Source: Malacoraja senta
Taxonomy: Eukaryota
DNA: 64,000 bases
Reading direction: 5' to 3'
Assembly (NCBI GenBank): GCA_038087875.1
Contig: CM075996.1
Location: 560,001-624,000, forward strand
Positions 47,494-58,694 of the stretch are shown here, piece after piece. Every line of letters begins with the position of its first letter. The first letter of the stretch is position 1. The translations under genes and the position numbers were made by a program. The notes beneath the pieces were generated by a model. The model saw nothing but the letters and a program-made list of their open reading frames with translations, had not been told where the DNA came from and made no database searches.

Positions 47494-47634
47494 ATGGAGA
47501 CTGCAGCAGGAGCAGGAGCAACAACAGCAGCAGCAGCAGCAGCAGCAGCTTATGGAGCCGGCAAGGCTGGCGGAGCCTTCGACCCCCTCACCTTCGTCAG
47601 GCAGCCGCAGACCATCCTCAGGGCTGTCAGCTGG
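47494..47634 (+). CDS. SYNGR1: Synaptogyrin-1 coding exon 1
   Basis: METAAGAGATTAAAAAAAAYGAGKAGGAFDPLTFVRQPQTILRAVSW|gtgagt, cf. human MEGGAYGAGKAGGAFDPYTLVRQPHTILRVVSW. CpG island upstream; head-to-head with RPL3 as in human. Exon 2 not seen in the window. Confidence 0.9.
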
Positions 47635-49817
47635 GTGAGTGAGTGAGTGAGTGAATGAGGGGAGGGAGGTTTAGGAGAGAGAAAGGGGGGAGGGGGGAGG
47701 TTAAATTAAGATGGGGAAGAGATTGGATTAAATCAGGTTGGTTGAAGGCTGTGGGAGGTGGGGAATTCAGATCAGCCTGGGAGGAGGACGGTGGGTGACA
47801 TCAGACACACAGGCCAGGGGTTAAACCAGACTAGATTGTGGGCAGAGGGGTGGATGCAGGTGAGGTGGCTGGGGAAATTGGGAAGGGTGTTAACACAGGC
47901 TGGGCTGTGACAGTGGGGATTAATGCAGGGTTAGGGTCTAGGAGGGATTAATGCAGGGTCAGGGTCAGGGTCAAGGAGAGGGGTTGATGCAGGGGTCAGG
48001 GTCAGGGTCAAGGAGAGGGGTTGATGCAGGGGTCAGGGTCAGGGTCAAGGCGAGGGGTTGATGCAAGGGTCAGGGTGCAGGGGAGGGGGTTAATAAGGTT
48101 AGAGTGTAGGAGAGGGTTTCATTCAGTTCGGGGGTACGAGAGGGCTTAATTCAGGTGAGGTAGCTGGGGAAATGGTTTGTGGGCAAGGGTGTTAAGGATA
48201 GGCTGTTGGAGAGGGGGTTGATATAGGGTTGGGATATAGGAGGGGTTAATGCAGGGTTCAGCTGTGGGAGAGGGGGAACTGCAGGGGTTGGGTGCAGGAG
48301 AGGGGTTGTTGCAGGGGTGGGGAGTAAGAGAGGGGTTAATGCAGGGTTAGGGGATGGGAGAGGGGCTATGGATGGGTCAGTTGTCGGAGAAGGGGTTATT
48401 CCAGGGTAGGTTGTTCGTGAGGGGTAGGCTGTTGGAGAGGGGCTTCATGTGAAAGAGAGAGTTAACGTGAGTAGCTTGTGGGAGAGGAGTTCATTTGGGG
48501 TGGATTCTTAAAGAAGGGGGTTATTGCAAGGCAAGATATGGGAGAGCGGTTAATGAGGGATTGGTTGTTGGAGAGAGGGTTAATGAAGGATGAGAGGGTG
48601 GTGAATCTGGAATTCATTGCCACGGACAGCTGTGGAGTCCAAGTCATTGGGTATTTTTAAGGCGGAGGTTGACAAAGATTCTTGATCAGTACGGGTGTCA
48701 GGGGTTATGGGGAGAAGGCAGTAGAATGGGGTTGAGGGGGAAAGATACATCAGCGGTGATTGAATGGCGGAGTAGACTTAATGGGCCAAATGGACTAATT
48801 CTGCTCCTATGACTTGTGAAATGATAGGGTTGTGAGAGGGGAGGTTAATAGGTTGTAGGAGTGGGGATAATACAGGGGTGGGTTGTAGGTGAGGATATTT
48901 AGTGTGAGGTAGATTGTGGGAGGGGGAGGGGGGGGTTAAGGCAGGGGTAGGCTGTGAATGGGGGATTACCAGGGGCCAGGCCTGTGGGACAAGTTGGAGG
49001 TTAACGTGGTAATGAGTGGGGGAGGGAGAGGGGTTAATGTAGGGAATGGGCAAGAGGGGGGGGGAAGGGGTGGTTAGTAAAGACTGCCTGAGGGGGGGGG
49101 GTGTAGTTGAATGAGACAGCAAGCAGTGGTTAAGGTGTCTGCGTGGGGGAATTTAAATGAGTTTGACTGGTGGGGAGGGGAGCCCCTGTGCATTGGGCAG
49201 CCCAGACAAGGAGGGGGTCAGGGGAACGGCAGCTTGTTGAAGGGCGAGTTCGTCCTGTTTACGAACGAGTGCTGGGTTTGCCAGATAGTGAGAGGAGAGG
49301 GCCAATGTCACCTCACCGTGAATGCAGATAAGACGCCAGTTTGACAGGGAGTTGTGTAAAATGTCCTGATAATTTGGTGTTCTGTGTTAATTAAGAATCA
49401 GTACACGCCTGGCGTGCCTCCCCCCCCACGCTGCTAATGTGTGGTATACACCACGGCAATCTGCTGGATTGCAATTAACACAGTTTGTTGACCTTGTTTG
49501 TACAACATGGAACGTAGAACAGTACAGCACAGGAACAGGCCCTTTAGCCCTCTTCTCCTACTAAACACGATGGCAAATTAACCTGATCTCTTCCACCAGT
49601 ACATGAACTGTATCCCAGTGCATGTCCGTGCCTAGCTAAAAAGGCTCCTAAACACCACTGTCGTATTTGCTACCACCACCACCCTACACTGTCAGCCCAT
49701 AGAAACATAGAAACATAGAAACATAGAAAATAGGTGCAGGAGGTGGCCATTCGGCCCTTTGAGCCTGCACCACCATTCATTGTGATCATGGCTGATCGTC
49801 CCCAATCAATAACCCTT

Positions 49818-52800
49818 GACCCGAAACGTCGCCCATTCCTTCTCTCCAGAGATGCTGCCTCACCCGTTGAGTTACCCCAGCATTTTGTGTCTGCATGGGA
49901 TTATATGGATATTGAAGTATTCGTATTTTGAGCAGATGCTGTAGGCAGGTGGAATTTGTTTAGTCAAAGGGTGGTCAATCTGTGAATGCCAAGTCATTGG
50001 GTATTTTTAAGGCGGATATTGACAGATTCTTGATTAGTACGGGTGTCAAGGGTTACGGGTAGAAGGCAGGAGAATGGGGTTGAGAGGGGAAGATAGATCA
50101 GCCATGATTGAATGGCGAAGTAGACTCGATGGGCCGAATGGCCTACAATCTGATATCTTTGATGATAGTGGCTGATATCTTTTGGGTTGCTTTGGAGATT
50201 TGTGAACCGTTAAGCTTGAGGAGATTTCGCAGTGGAGCAGACAAAATATGTAGGAAGAAACTGGCTTTAGGGGCTTAATTGACTCGTACAGCACGGAAAC
50301 AGACCTTTCGGCCCAACATGGCCGTGCTGACCAAGATGCTCCATCTATGCTAGTTCCAACTGTCTGGGCTTGGCCCATATTCCTGTTATCTTTACTATTC
50401 TTGCATGGTATACCGGACATTGGTCAGCACATTGAGTGAAAGATTCAAATATCCTGTCCCTTATCTGAATTCATATATTTGTATAAATCACTGTCCAATA
50501 CTGGCAAGAGAACAATTGAACCGAGTAAAGAACCTCCAAATCAATTACATGATATCACAGGATAGACAGTCAGAACCTTTGTCCCAGTCTGGAAATATCA
50601 AATAGTAGAGGGCATAACTTTAATGTGTGAAGGGCAAAGTTTAAAGGAGATGTGCGGGGTAAGTATTTTTGACACAGGGGGTGTTGTTGTGTATCGAGGA
50701 CCCGAAACGTCGCCCATTCCTTCTCTCCAGAGATGCTGCCTCACCCGCTGAGTTACTCCAGCATTTTGTGTCTACCTTCGATTTAAACCAGCATCTGCAG
50801 TTCTTTCTTACACAGATAAGAGCTGGCCTTGGAATCATTTTTGGACTGGACTATGTGAGCCGAAAGGCCTGTTCCAGTGCTGTACTGTTCTATGTTAGTC
50901 CGTGGCAACATTCTGATCTGTGTGTGTGTGTGTGTCGGGGTTACATATATTGAGTGATGGGGATTAGTCATAATCGCAGGGAGTCATGATGATGACTTGG
51001 ACAACTTCATAGCTGAGTGTCTGTGTCTTGGAAATCCAATATCCCTCTTGTGGATTTTGAGTCCACCACTCACTGACCATTACAAAGTTAAAGCAAACTG
51101 ACTTGAATTCCTACATCAGGAATCAAGAGTAATTATACCTCTTCCTGATAGCAGGAGTGAAATAAGAGCGTGGCCAAGGTGTGGTGTGGCTGATTATGCT
51201 GGCTGCCCCTTTGCGGCAGCGATTCCTGCAGATAGACACAAAATGCTGGAGCAACTCTGTTGGACAGGCAGCGTCTCTGGATAGAAGGAATGGGTGATGT
51301 TTCAGGTTGAGACCCTTCTTCTGACACCTGTAGATCCCTTCGATGGTGGGGAGGCCAGTATCTGTGATGGACCGGGCAGTGTTCGCCACTTTTTGCAATC
51401 CTCTTGGTTCCTGGGCATTCGAGTTGGCCGTGATGGAAAAGCAGTCAATGTGCTCTCTACATTGTACACCTCTCACTATAGATCTTTCACATCCTCCATC
51501 CCCCTCCCCTTCCCCAACACCGCCCACTTTTTGTGATGGTATTGCGTTATCTCGGGCATGGATGTTGGCGGAGTTGGGCAGGGACCTGTTCCTGCCCTAA
51601 CACTGCTTCAACTGCGTGCATTCAATCCCGGCCTCTGGTGCTCTCTTCGTGGAGTTTGCACGCGTTCCTTGTGACTGCGTGGGTCACGGTTCCCTCAGGG
51701 TGCTCCACTTCCCCTCACATCCCAAAGGTGTACGGGTTGGCAGGTTAAATAGCTGCTGTGAATTGCCCTGAGGGAGTTGCCGTGCGGGAGACTATGGAAC
51801 GAGTTGATGTGAAGTTGGAGAGAATAAAATGGGATTAGTTTCAATGAGTAATTCGATGGTTAGAATGGACTCAGTGGGCTGAAGTGCCTGTTTCTCTACA
51901 TTCCACAGTTAAACATAATGAGATAACATGTCTGTGGTACAAGAGGTGGTCTTCCCCTTCCCAGTTCTCCCACTAGTCTTACTGTCTCCAACTACATTCT
52001 ATCTGTGTCCTGCCCCCTCCCCTGACGTCAGCCTGAAGAAGGGTCTCGACCCGAAACGTCAACCATTCCTTCTCTCCAGAGATGCTGCCTCACTCGTTGA
52101 GTTACCCCAGCATTTTGTGTCTGCATGGGATTATATGGATATTGAAGTATTCGTATTTTGAGCAGATGCTGTAGGCAGGAGGAATTTCTTTAGTCAAAGG
52201 GTGGTCAATCTGTGAATGCCAAGTCATTGGGTATTTTTAAGGCGGATATTGACAGATTCTTGATTAGTACGGGTGTCAAGGGTTATGGGGATAAGGCAGG
52301 AGAATGGGGTTGAGAGGGGAAGATAGATCAGCCATGATTGAATGGCGAAGTAGACTTGATGGGCTGAATGGCCCACAATCTGATATCTTTGGTGATAGGG
52401 TTGCTTTGGAGATTTGTGAACCGTTAAGCTTGAGGAGATTTTGCAGTGGAGCAGACAAAATATGTAGGAAGAAACTGGCTTTAGGGGCTTAATTGACTCG
52501 TACAGCACGGAAACAGACCTTTCGGCCCAACATGGCCGTGCTGACCAAGATGCTCCAGCTATGCTAGTTCCAACTGTCTGGGCTTGGCCCATATTCCTGT
52601 TATCTTTACTATTCTTGCATGGTATACCGGACATTGGTCAGCACATTGAGTGAAAGATTCAAATATCCTGTCCCTTATCTGAATTCATATATTTGTATAA
52701 ATCACTGTCCAATACTGGCAAGAGAACAATTGAACCGAGTAAAGAACCTCCAAATCAATTACATGATATCACAGGATAGACAGTCAGAACCTTTGTCCCA

Positions 52801-54262
52801 GTCTGGAAATATCAAATAGTAGAGGGCATAACTTTAATGTGTGAAGGGCAAAGTTTAAAGGAGATGTGCGGGGTAAGTATTTTTGACACAGGGGGTGTTG
52901 TTGTGTATCGAGGACCCGAAACGTCGCCCATTCCTTCTCTCCAGAGATGCTGCCTCACCCGCTGAGTTACTCCAGCATTTTGTGTCTACCTTCGATTTAA
53001 ACCAGCATCTGCAGTTCTTTCTTACACAGATAAGAGTTGGCCTTGGATTCATTTTTGGACTGGACTATGTGAGCCGAAAGGCCTGTTCCAGTGTGTACTG
53101 TTCTATGTTAGTCCGTGGCAACATTCTGATCTGTGTGTGTGTGTGTGTCGGGGTTACATATATTGAGTGATGGGGATTAGTCATAATCGCAGGGAGTCAT
53201 GATGATGACTTGGACATGACTTCATAGCTGAGTGTCTGTGTCTTGGAAATCCAATATCCCTCTTGTGGATTTTGAGTCCACCACTCACTGACCATTACAA
53301 AGTTAAAGCAAACTGACTTGAATTCCTACATCAGGAATCAAGAGTAATTATACCTCTTCCTGATAGCAGGAGTGAAATAAGAGCGTGGCCAAGGTGTGGT
53401 GTGGCTGATTATGCTGGCTGCCCCTTTGTGGCAGCGATTCCTGCAGATAGACACAAAATGCTGGAGCAACTCTGTTGGACAGGCAGCATCTCTGGATAGA
53501 AGGAATGGGTGATGTTTCAGGTTGAGACCCTTCTTCTGACACCTGTAGATCCCTTCGATGGTGGGGAGGCCAGTATCTGTGATGGACCGGGCAGTGTTCG
53601 CCACTTTTTGCAATCCTCTTGGTTCCTGGGCATTCGAGTTGGCCGTGATGGAAAAGCAGTCAATGTGCTCTCTACATTGTACACCTCTCACTATAGATCT
53701 TTCACATCCTCCATCCCCCTCCCCTTCCCCAACACCGCCCACTTTTTGTGATGGTATTGCGTTATCTCGGGCATGGATGTTGGCGGAGTTGGGCAGGGAC
53801 CTGTTCCTGCCCTAACACTGCTTCAACTGCGTGCATTCAATCCCGGCCTCTGGTGCTCTCTTCGTGGAGTTTGCACGCGTTCCTTGTGACTGCGTGGGTC
53901 ACGGTTCCCTCAGGGTGCTCCACTTCCCCTCACATCCCAAAGGTGTACGGGTTGGCAGGTTAACTAGCTGCTGTGAATTGCCCTGAGGGCGTTGCCCTGC
54001 GGGAGACTATGGAAGGAGTTGATGTGAAGTTGGAGAGAATAAAATGGGATTAGTTTCAATGAGTAATTCGATGGTTAGAATGGACTCAGTGGGCTGAAGT
54101 GCCTGTTTCTGTACATTCCACAGTTAAACATAATGAGATAACATGTCTGTGGTACAAGAGGTGGTCTTCCCCTTCCCAGTTCTCCCACTAGTCTTACTGT
54201 CTCCGACTACATTCTATCTGTGTCCTGCCCCCTCCCCTGACGTCAGCCTGAAGAAGGGTCTC
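49818..54262. repeat. ~2.2-kb tandem duplication, two units
   Basis: 49818-52047 is nearly identical to 52048-54262; ORF pairs offset by 2214-2215 (50405/52619, 51928/54143). Confidence 0.93.
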
Positions 54263-54275
54263 GACCCGAAACGTC
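54248..54275 (+). ncRNA. Minimal hammerhead-like motif in a Penelope-type repeat (representative copy)
   Basis: CUGAAGA-A-GGGUC-UC-GACCC-GAAA-CG-UC; many more copies on both strands. Confidence 0.55.
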
Positions 54276-55296
54276 ACCCATTCCTTCTCTCCAGAGATGC
54301 TGCCTCACCCGCTGAGTTTCTCCAACATTTTGTGTCTACCTTCGATTTAAACCAGCGTCTGCACTTCTTTCTTACACAAGAGGCGGTCAGTAATGTTCCG
54401 TTGCCGAGGTAGGATTCGGGCTGTGCAGGTCAGCTCGAGAACCTGATGGTTGCAGGAAAATAGCTGTTCCTGAACCTGGTGGTGTGGGACTTTGGGCTTC
54501 TGTCCCTCCTGGCCTGAGGCAGCGATGAAGAGGGCATGTGCCTCATTGAGGCAGCGCCTCACTTAGATGCTTTCAATGGTGGGGAGGGCTGTACTCTTGA
54601 TGTGCCGGGCTGAGTCCACCACTCCACGGCCTCTTGCGTTCCTGTGTGTTGATTGGAATTGCCATACAACCTTGATGCAACCAGTCAGGAGACTTCCCAC
54701 AGTGCGTCTGCAGAAGTTTGTTATGGAGGTGTCAAACCTCTTTAAACTTCTAAGAAGCTCGCAGGTGATCGGAATACGAGCTGAACTAAGAGGAGAGTCG
54801 GTCCTCAGAGAATCGAGGAAAATGGGGAGTAAAAGAGTAGATAAACCAGTTTTTTAGTGTAGGTAAGAGGCTTGGCATACCGGCAACTCTTAAAAAGTTA
54901 AGCGTCATTATTTTGTTTTCTGGTCCAGATTTAGACAGGTACATGGATAGTGCAGGAAGGAACAGCAGCAGATGCTGGTTTAAACCGAAAATGGACACAA
55001 AAAGCTGGAGCCACTCAGCGAGTCAGACAAGGCTTTGAATTGTTGATGTCCCTACTATTTTTTTTTTCCTTTTATTTTTTTTAAAATTTTGTTTTTATTC
55101 TGCTGATATGTTTTGTAATCTGCTTATTAAATTCTGTAAGGCGTCCTTGAGAGTCTTTGAAAGGCGCCCATAATTATAATGTTAATAATTTAAAAAAAAT
55201 AATACCATCTCTGGAGAAAAGGAATAGGTGACGTTTCGGGACGAGACACCTTCTTCAGAGAAGGATCTTCACCAGAAACTTTGCCTATTCCATTTA

Positions 55297-56058
55297 GAGT
55301 CATACAGTGTGGAAACTGGCCCTTCGGCCCAACTTGCCCACACCGGCCAACAATGTCCCAGCCACACTAGATCCACTTGCCTGCACTTGGTCCATATCCC
55401 TCCAAACCTGTCCTATCCATGCACCTGTCTAACTGTTTCCTCTGGTCCTCGATTCCCCTACTCTGGGCAAGAGACTCTGTGCGTCTACCTGATCTATTCC
55501 CCTCATGATTTTGTACAACTCTATAAGATCACCCCTCATCTTCCTGCGCTCTAAGGAATAGAGACCCAGCCTGCTCAACCTCTCCCTATAGCTCACACCC
55601 TCTAGTCTTGGCAACATCCTCGTAAATCTTTTCTGTACCATTTCAAGCTTGACAATATCTTTCCTATAACATGGTGCCCAGAACTGAACACAATATTCTA
55701 AATGCGGTCTCACCAACGTCCTATACAACTGCAACATGACCTCCCAACTTCTATACTCAGTACTCTGACTGATGATGGCCAATATGCCAAAAGCCTTTTT
55801 GACCACCTTATCTACCTGCGACTCGACCTTCAAGGAACCATGCACCTGCACTCCTCGATCCCTCTGCTCTACAACACTCCCCAGAGGCCTCCCATTTACT
55901 GTGTAGGTCCTGCCCTTGTTAGACGTCCCAAAATGCACACTTCTCCGTATTAAATTACATCAACCATTCCTCAGCCCACCTGGCCAATCGATCCAGATCC
56001 TGCTGCAATCTTTCACAACCATCTTCACTATCTGCAAAACTACTAACTTTTGTATCAT
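55297..56058 (-). mobile_element. CR1/HER1-like LINE 3' portion
   Basis: ORF 55429-55938: LQLYRTLVRPHLEYCVQFWAPCYRKDIVKLE...RGDLIELYKIMRG. Confidence 0.88.
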
Positions 56059-56311
56059 TTCTCCAGAGATGCTGTCTGACCTGCTGAGTTATTCCAGCTT
56101 TTGGTGTCTATCTTAGGTACATGGATAGGACAGGTTTGGTGGGATGTGGGCCAAATGCAGGCAGGTGGGACTAGTGTAGATGGACATGTTGGTCGGTGTG
56201 GGCAAGTTGGGCCGAAGGGCCTGTTTCCACGCTGTTTAGTTTATTGTCACGTGTACTGAGGTACAGTGAAAAATCTTTTTTGTTGCGTCTGGTAATAGCC
56301 CTGTCTGGTAA

Positions 56312-56631
56312 TAGCCCTGTCCCACGGTACGAGTTCATTCCTAGAGCACTCCTGAGTTTGCCCTGATTCGAACTTGGAGATTTACGGTAATGGCCACTCG
56401 TCGGTATTCGGGGCTCTCGTGGACACTTTTCATCATGTTGAAAAATCTTCACGAGTCTTCCCGCGCTTACCTGCCGTTAGCGAGTCTTCCCGAGTACCTG
56501 CCGTTAGCGCTAAGAGACGTCCCCGAGCTCCGACGTACCCGCTACGTTCATTCTCCGTGCTTATCACGAGTTTGATTTTTTTTTAACTCGGGAGAGCTCT
56601 TGGAATGAACTCGTACCGTGGGACAGGGCTA
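56312..56631. mobile_element. Harbinger-like MITE
   Basis: TIRs tagccctgtcccacggtacgagttcattc and gaatgaactcgtaccgtgggacagggcta; taa/tta flanks. Confidence 0.85.
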
Positions 56632-56794
56632 TTACCAGTCAGCAGAAAGGCAATACATGGTTACAATCGATCCATTTACAGTGTATTGATATATGATAAG
56701 GGAATAACGTTTAGTGCAAGGGTAGTCCGAGGGTCACCAATAAGGTAGAAAGTAATTCAGCACTGCTCTCTGGTTGTGATTGGGTCTACGCTGT

Positions 56795-57676
56795 ATAATA
56801 ATAATAATAATACATTTTATTTATGGGCGCCTTTCAAAAGTCTCGAGGACACCTTACAAAGTTTAACAAATAGTGGAAATATGTAAGCGGAATGAAATAA
56901 ATAATAAAGACATCACGAGTACACAAATTAAAGAGAGAATTCAATCCAAAAACAAAAATCAAAAACACAATATGGAAGAGAGAGCAGCGGCTGCTAAAGC
57001 GCGCCAGCGTCCACTCTCCCCTCCGGCAGCCATCTTGGACACAAAATAAAATATCATTTACACACACAAAAAAAATCATTCCCCCACAATGATTACCACT
57101 GTGGGGGAAGGCACAATGTCCAGTCCCCAACCCCAGTTCACCCAAAGTCAGGCCTATTGAGGCCTCCACAGTTGCCTCTACGGAGGCCCGATGTTCCTGG
57201 CCGTTCTCGCCGGGTGCTGTTGCCCCGGCGTCGGGAGAGTCCACGCAGCGGCTGGGACGGCTGGAACGGCCGATCTCCTATTGGAGTCCGTGGCACCTGA
57301 AGCCGACAAGGCCGTGCCGATTTGGAGCTCCGAGGCTCCCGATGTTAGGGTCGGCGCCGCCGCCCGCGGCTGGCCGCTCCGCAGTCCCGCAGCCCGGAGG
57401 TGTTGAGCTCGGCGGTCCAGCTCACCGGAGCTCCAGCGCGTCGATCCAGCGCGGCGACCCAGGCAAGGCATCGCCCGCTCCGCTGCACGATAGCGCTCCA
57501 GCGCTGTGCCGCCACCGGAGCTGAAGGTGCTGGGCAGTCCCCGCCAGGAAAACGCCGCTCCACGCCCGCTGGTAGGCCGCAAGGACGGGTCGACGGGGCA
57601 GCCCGGAGAAAAAGCTGCCTCACCGACCAGGTAGGGACCTAGAGATAGTTTCCCCCTTAACCCCCCCCCACATTAA
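56795..57676 (-). mobile_element. GC-rich non-coding retroelement with L2-like tail
   Basis: Reverse-complement homologue of 32940-33817. Confidence 0.7.
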
Positions 57677-58226
57677 AAGTATGACTCCATGTGACACGAA
57701 TGTTTATTGATCCTGAGTGCTGGGACTTTTGTTGTGTACAAATAATGCACTGAGTTAAGCAATGAATGGTTTGGCCTCCGAAATGTAAATCAAATGGCCA
57801 TATACCATGAAATGTATTGATATTCCCATTACAATAAAAGGAAAATGTTTCACAAGTGCATAGATTGTAAGTAGGTTATGATTAGTGCAATGTAATGCAT
57901 CATCTTTTTCAAATTCTCTTGCATTTTGTTTAAAAGCCAATGAATCTCTTCAAACGGAATGATCACATTGCTCGGTTATTTTGCTGAGAGATACAGCACA
58001 GAAACGGGTCCTTCGGCCCATCGAGTCCGTGCCGACCAATCTTCACCCATACACTAGTTCTACGTTATCCCAATTTTTGCATCCGACACTCTAGGAGCAA
58101 TTTTACAGAAGGCAATTAACCTACAAACCCGCATGTCTTTGGCAAGTGGGTGGACACCAGAGAATATTCGGAGAAGACCCACGCGGTCACAGGGTTGAAT
58201 GTGCAAACTCCGCAGTGGCAGCACCC

Positions 58227-58694
58227 ATATAACCATATAACCATAACAGCACGGAAACAGGCTATCTCGGCCCTTCAAGTCCGTGACGAACATTTTTTTT
58301 AATTTTTTTTTTTTAAATTAAAAATAAATACTTCCTCCTAGTCCCATCTACCTGCACTCAGACCATAACCCTCCATTCCTTTCCCGTCCATATACCCATC
58401 CAATCTATTTTTAAAGGATAACATCGAACCTGCCTCCACCACTTCCACTGGAAGCTCATTCCACACAGCCACCACTCTCTGAGTAAAGAAGTTCCCCCTA
58501 ATGTTACCCCTAAACTTCTGTCCCTTAATTCTCAAGTCATGTCCCCTTGTTTGAATCTTCCCTACTCTCAATGGGAAAAGCTTATCCACGTCCACTCTGT
58601 CTAACCCGCTCATAATTTTAAAGACCTCTATCAAGTCCCCTCTTAACCTTCTGCGCTCCAAAGAATAAAGACCTAAGACCTAACTTGTTCAACC
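58227..58694 (-). mobile_element. CR1 3' fragment nested in a SINE
   Basis: ERRRLRGDLIEVFKIM...TRGHDLRI...FFTQRVVAVWNELP; (ggttatat)n tail. Confidence 0.85.
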
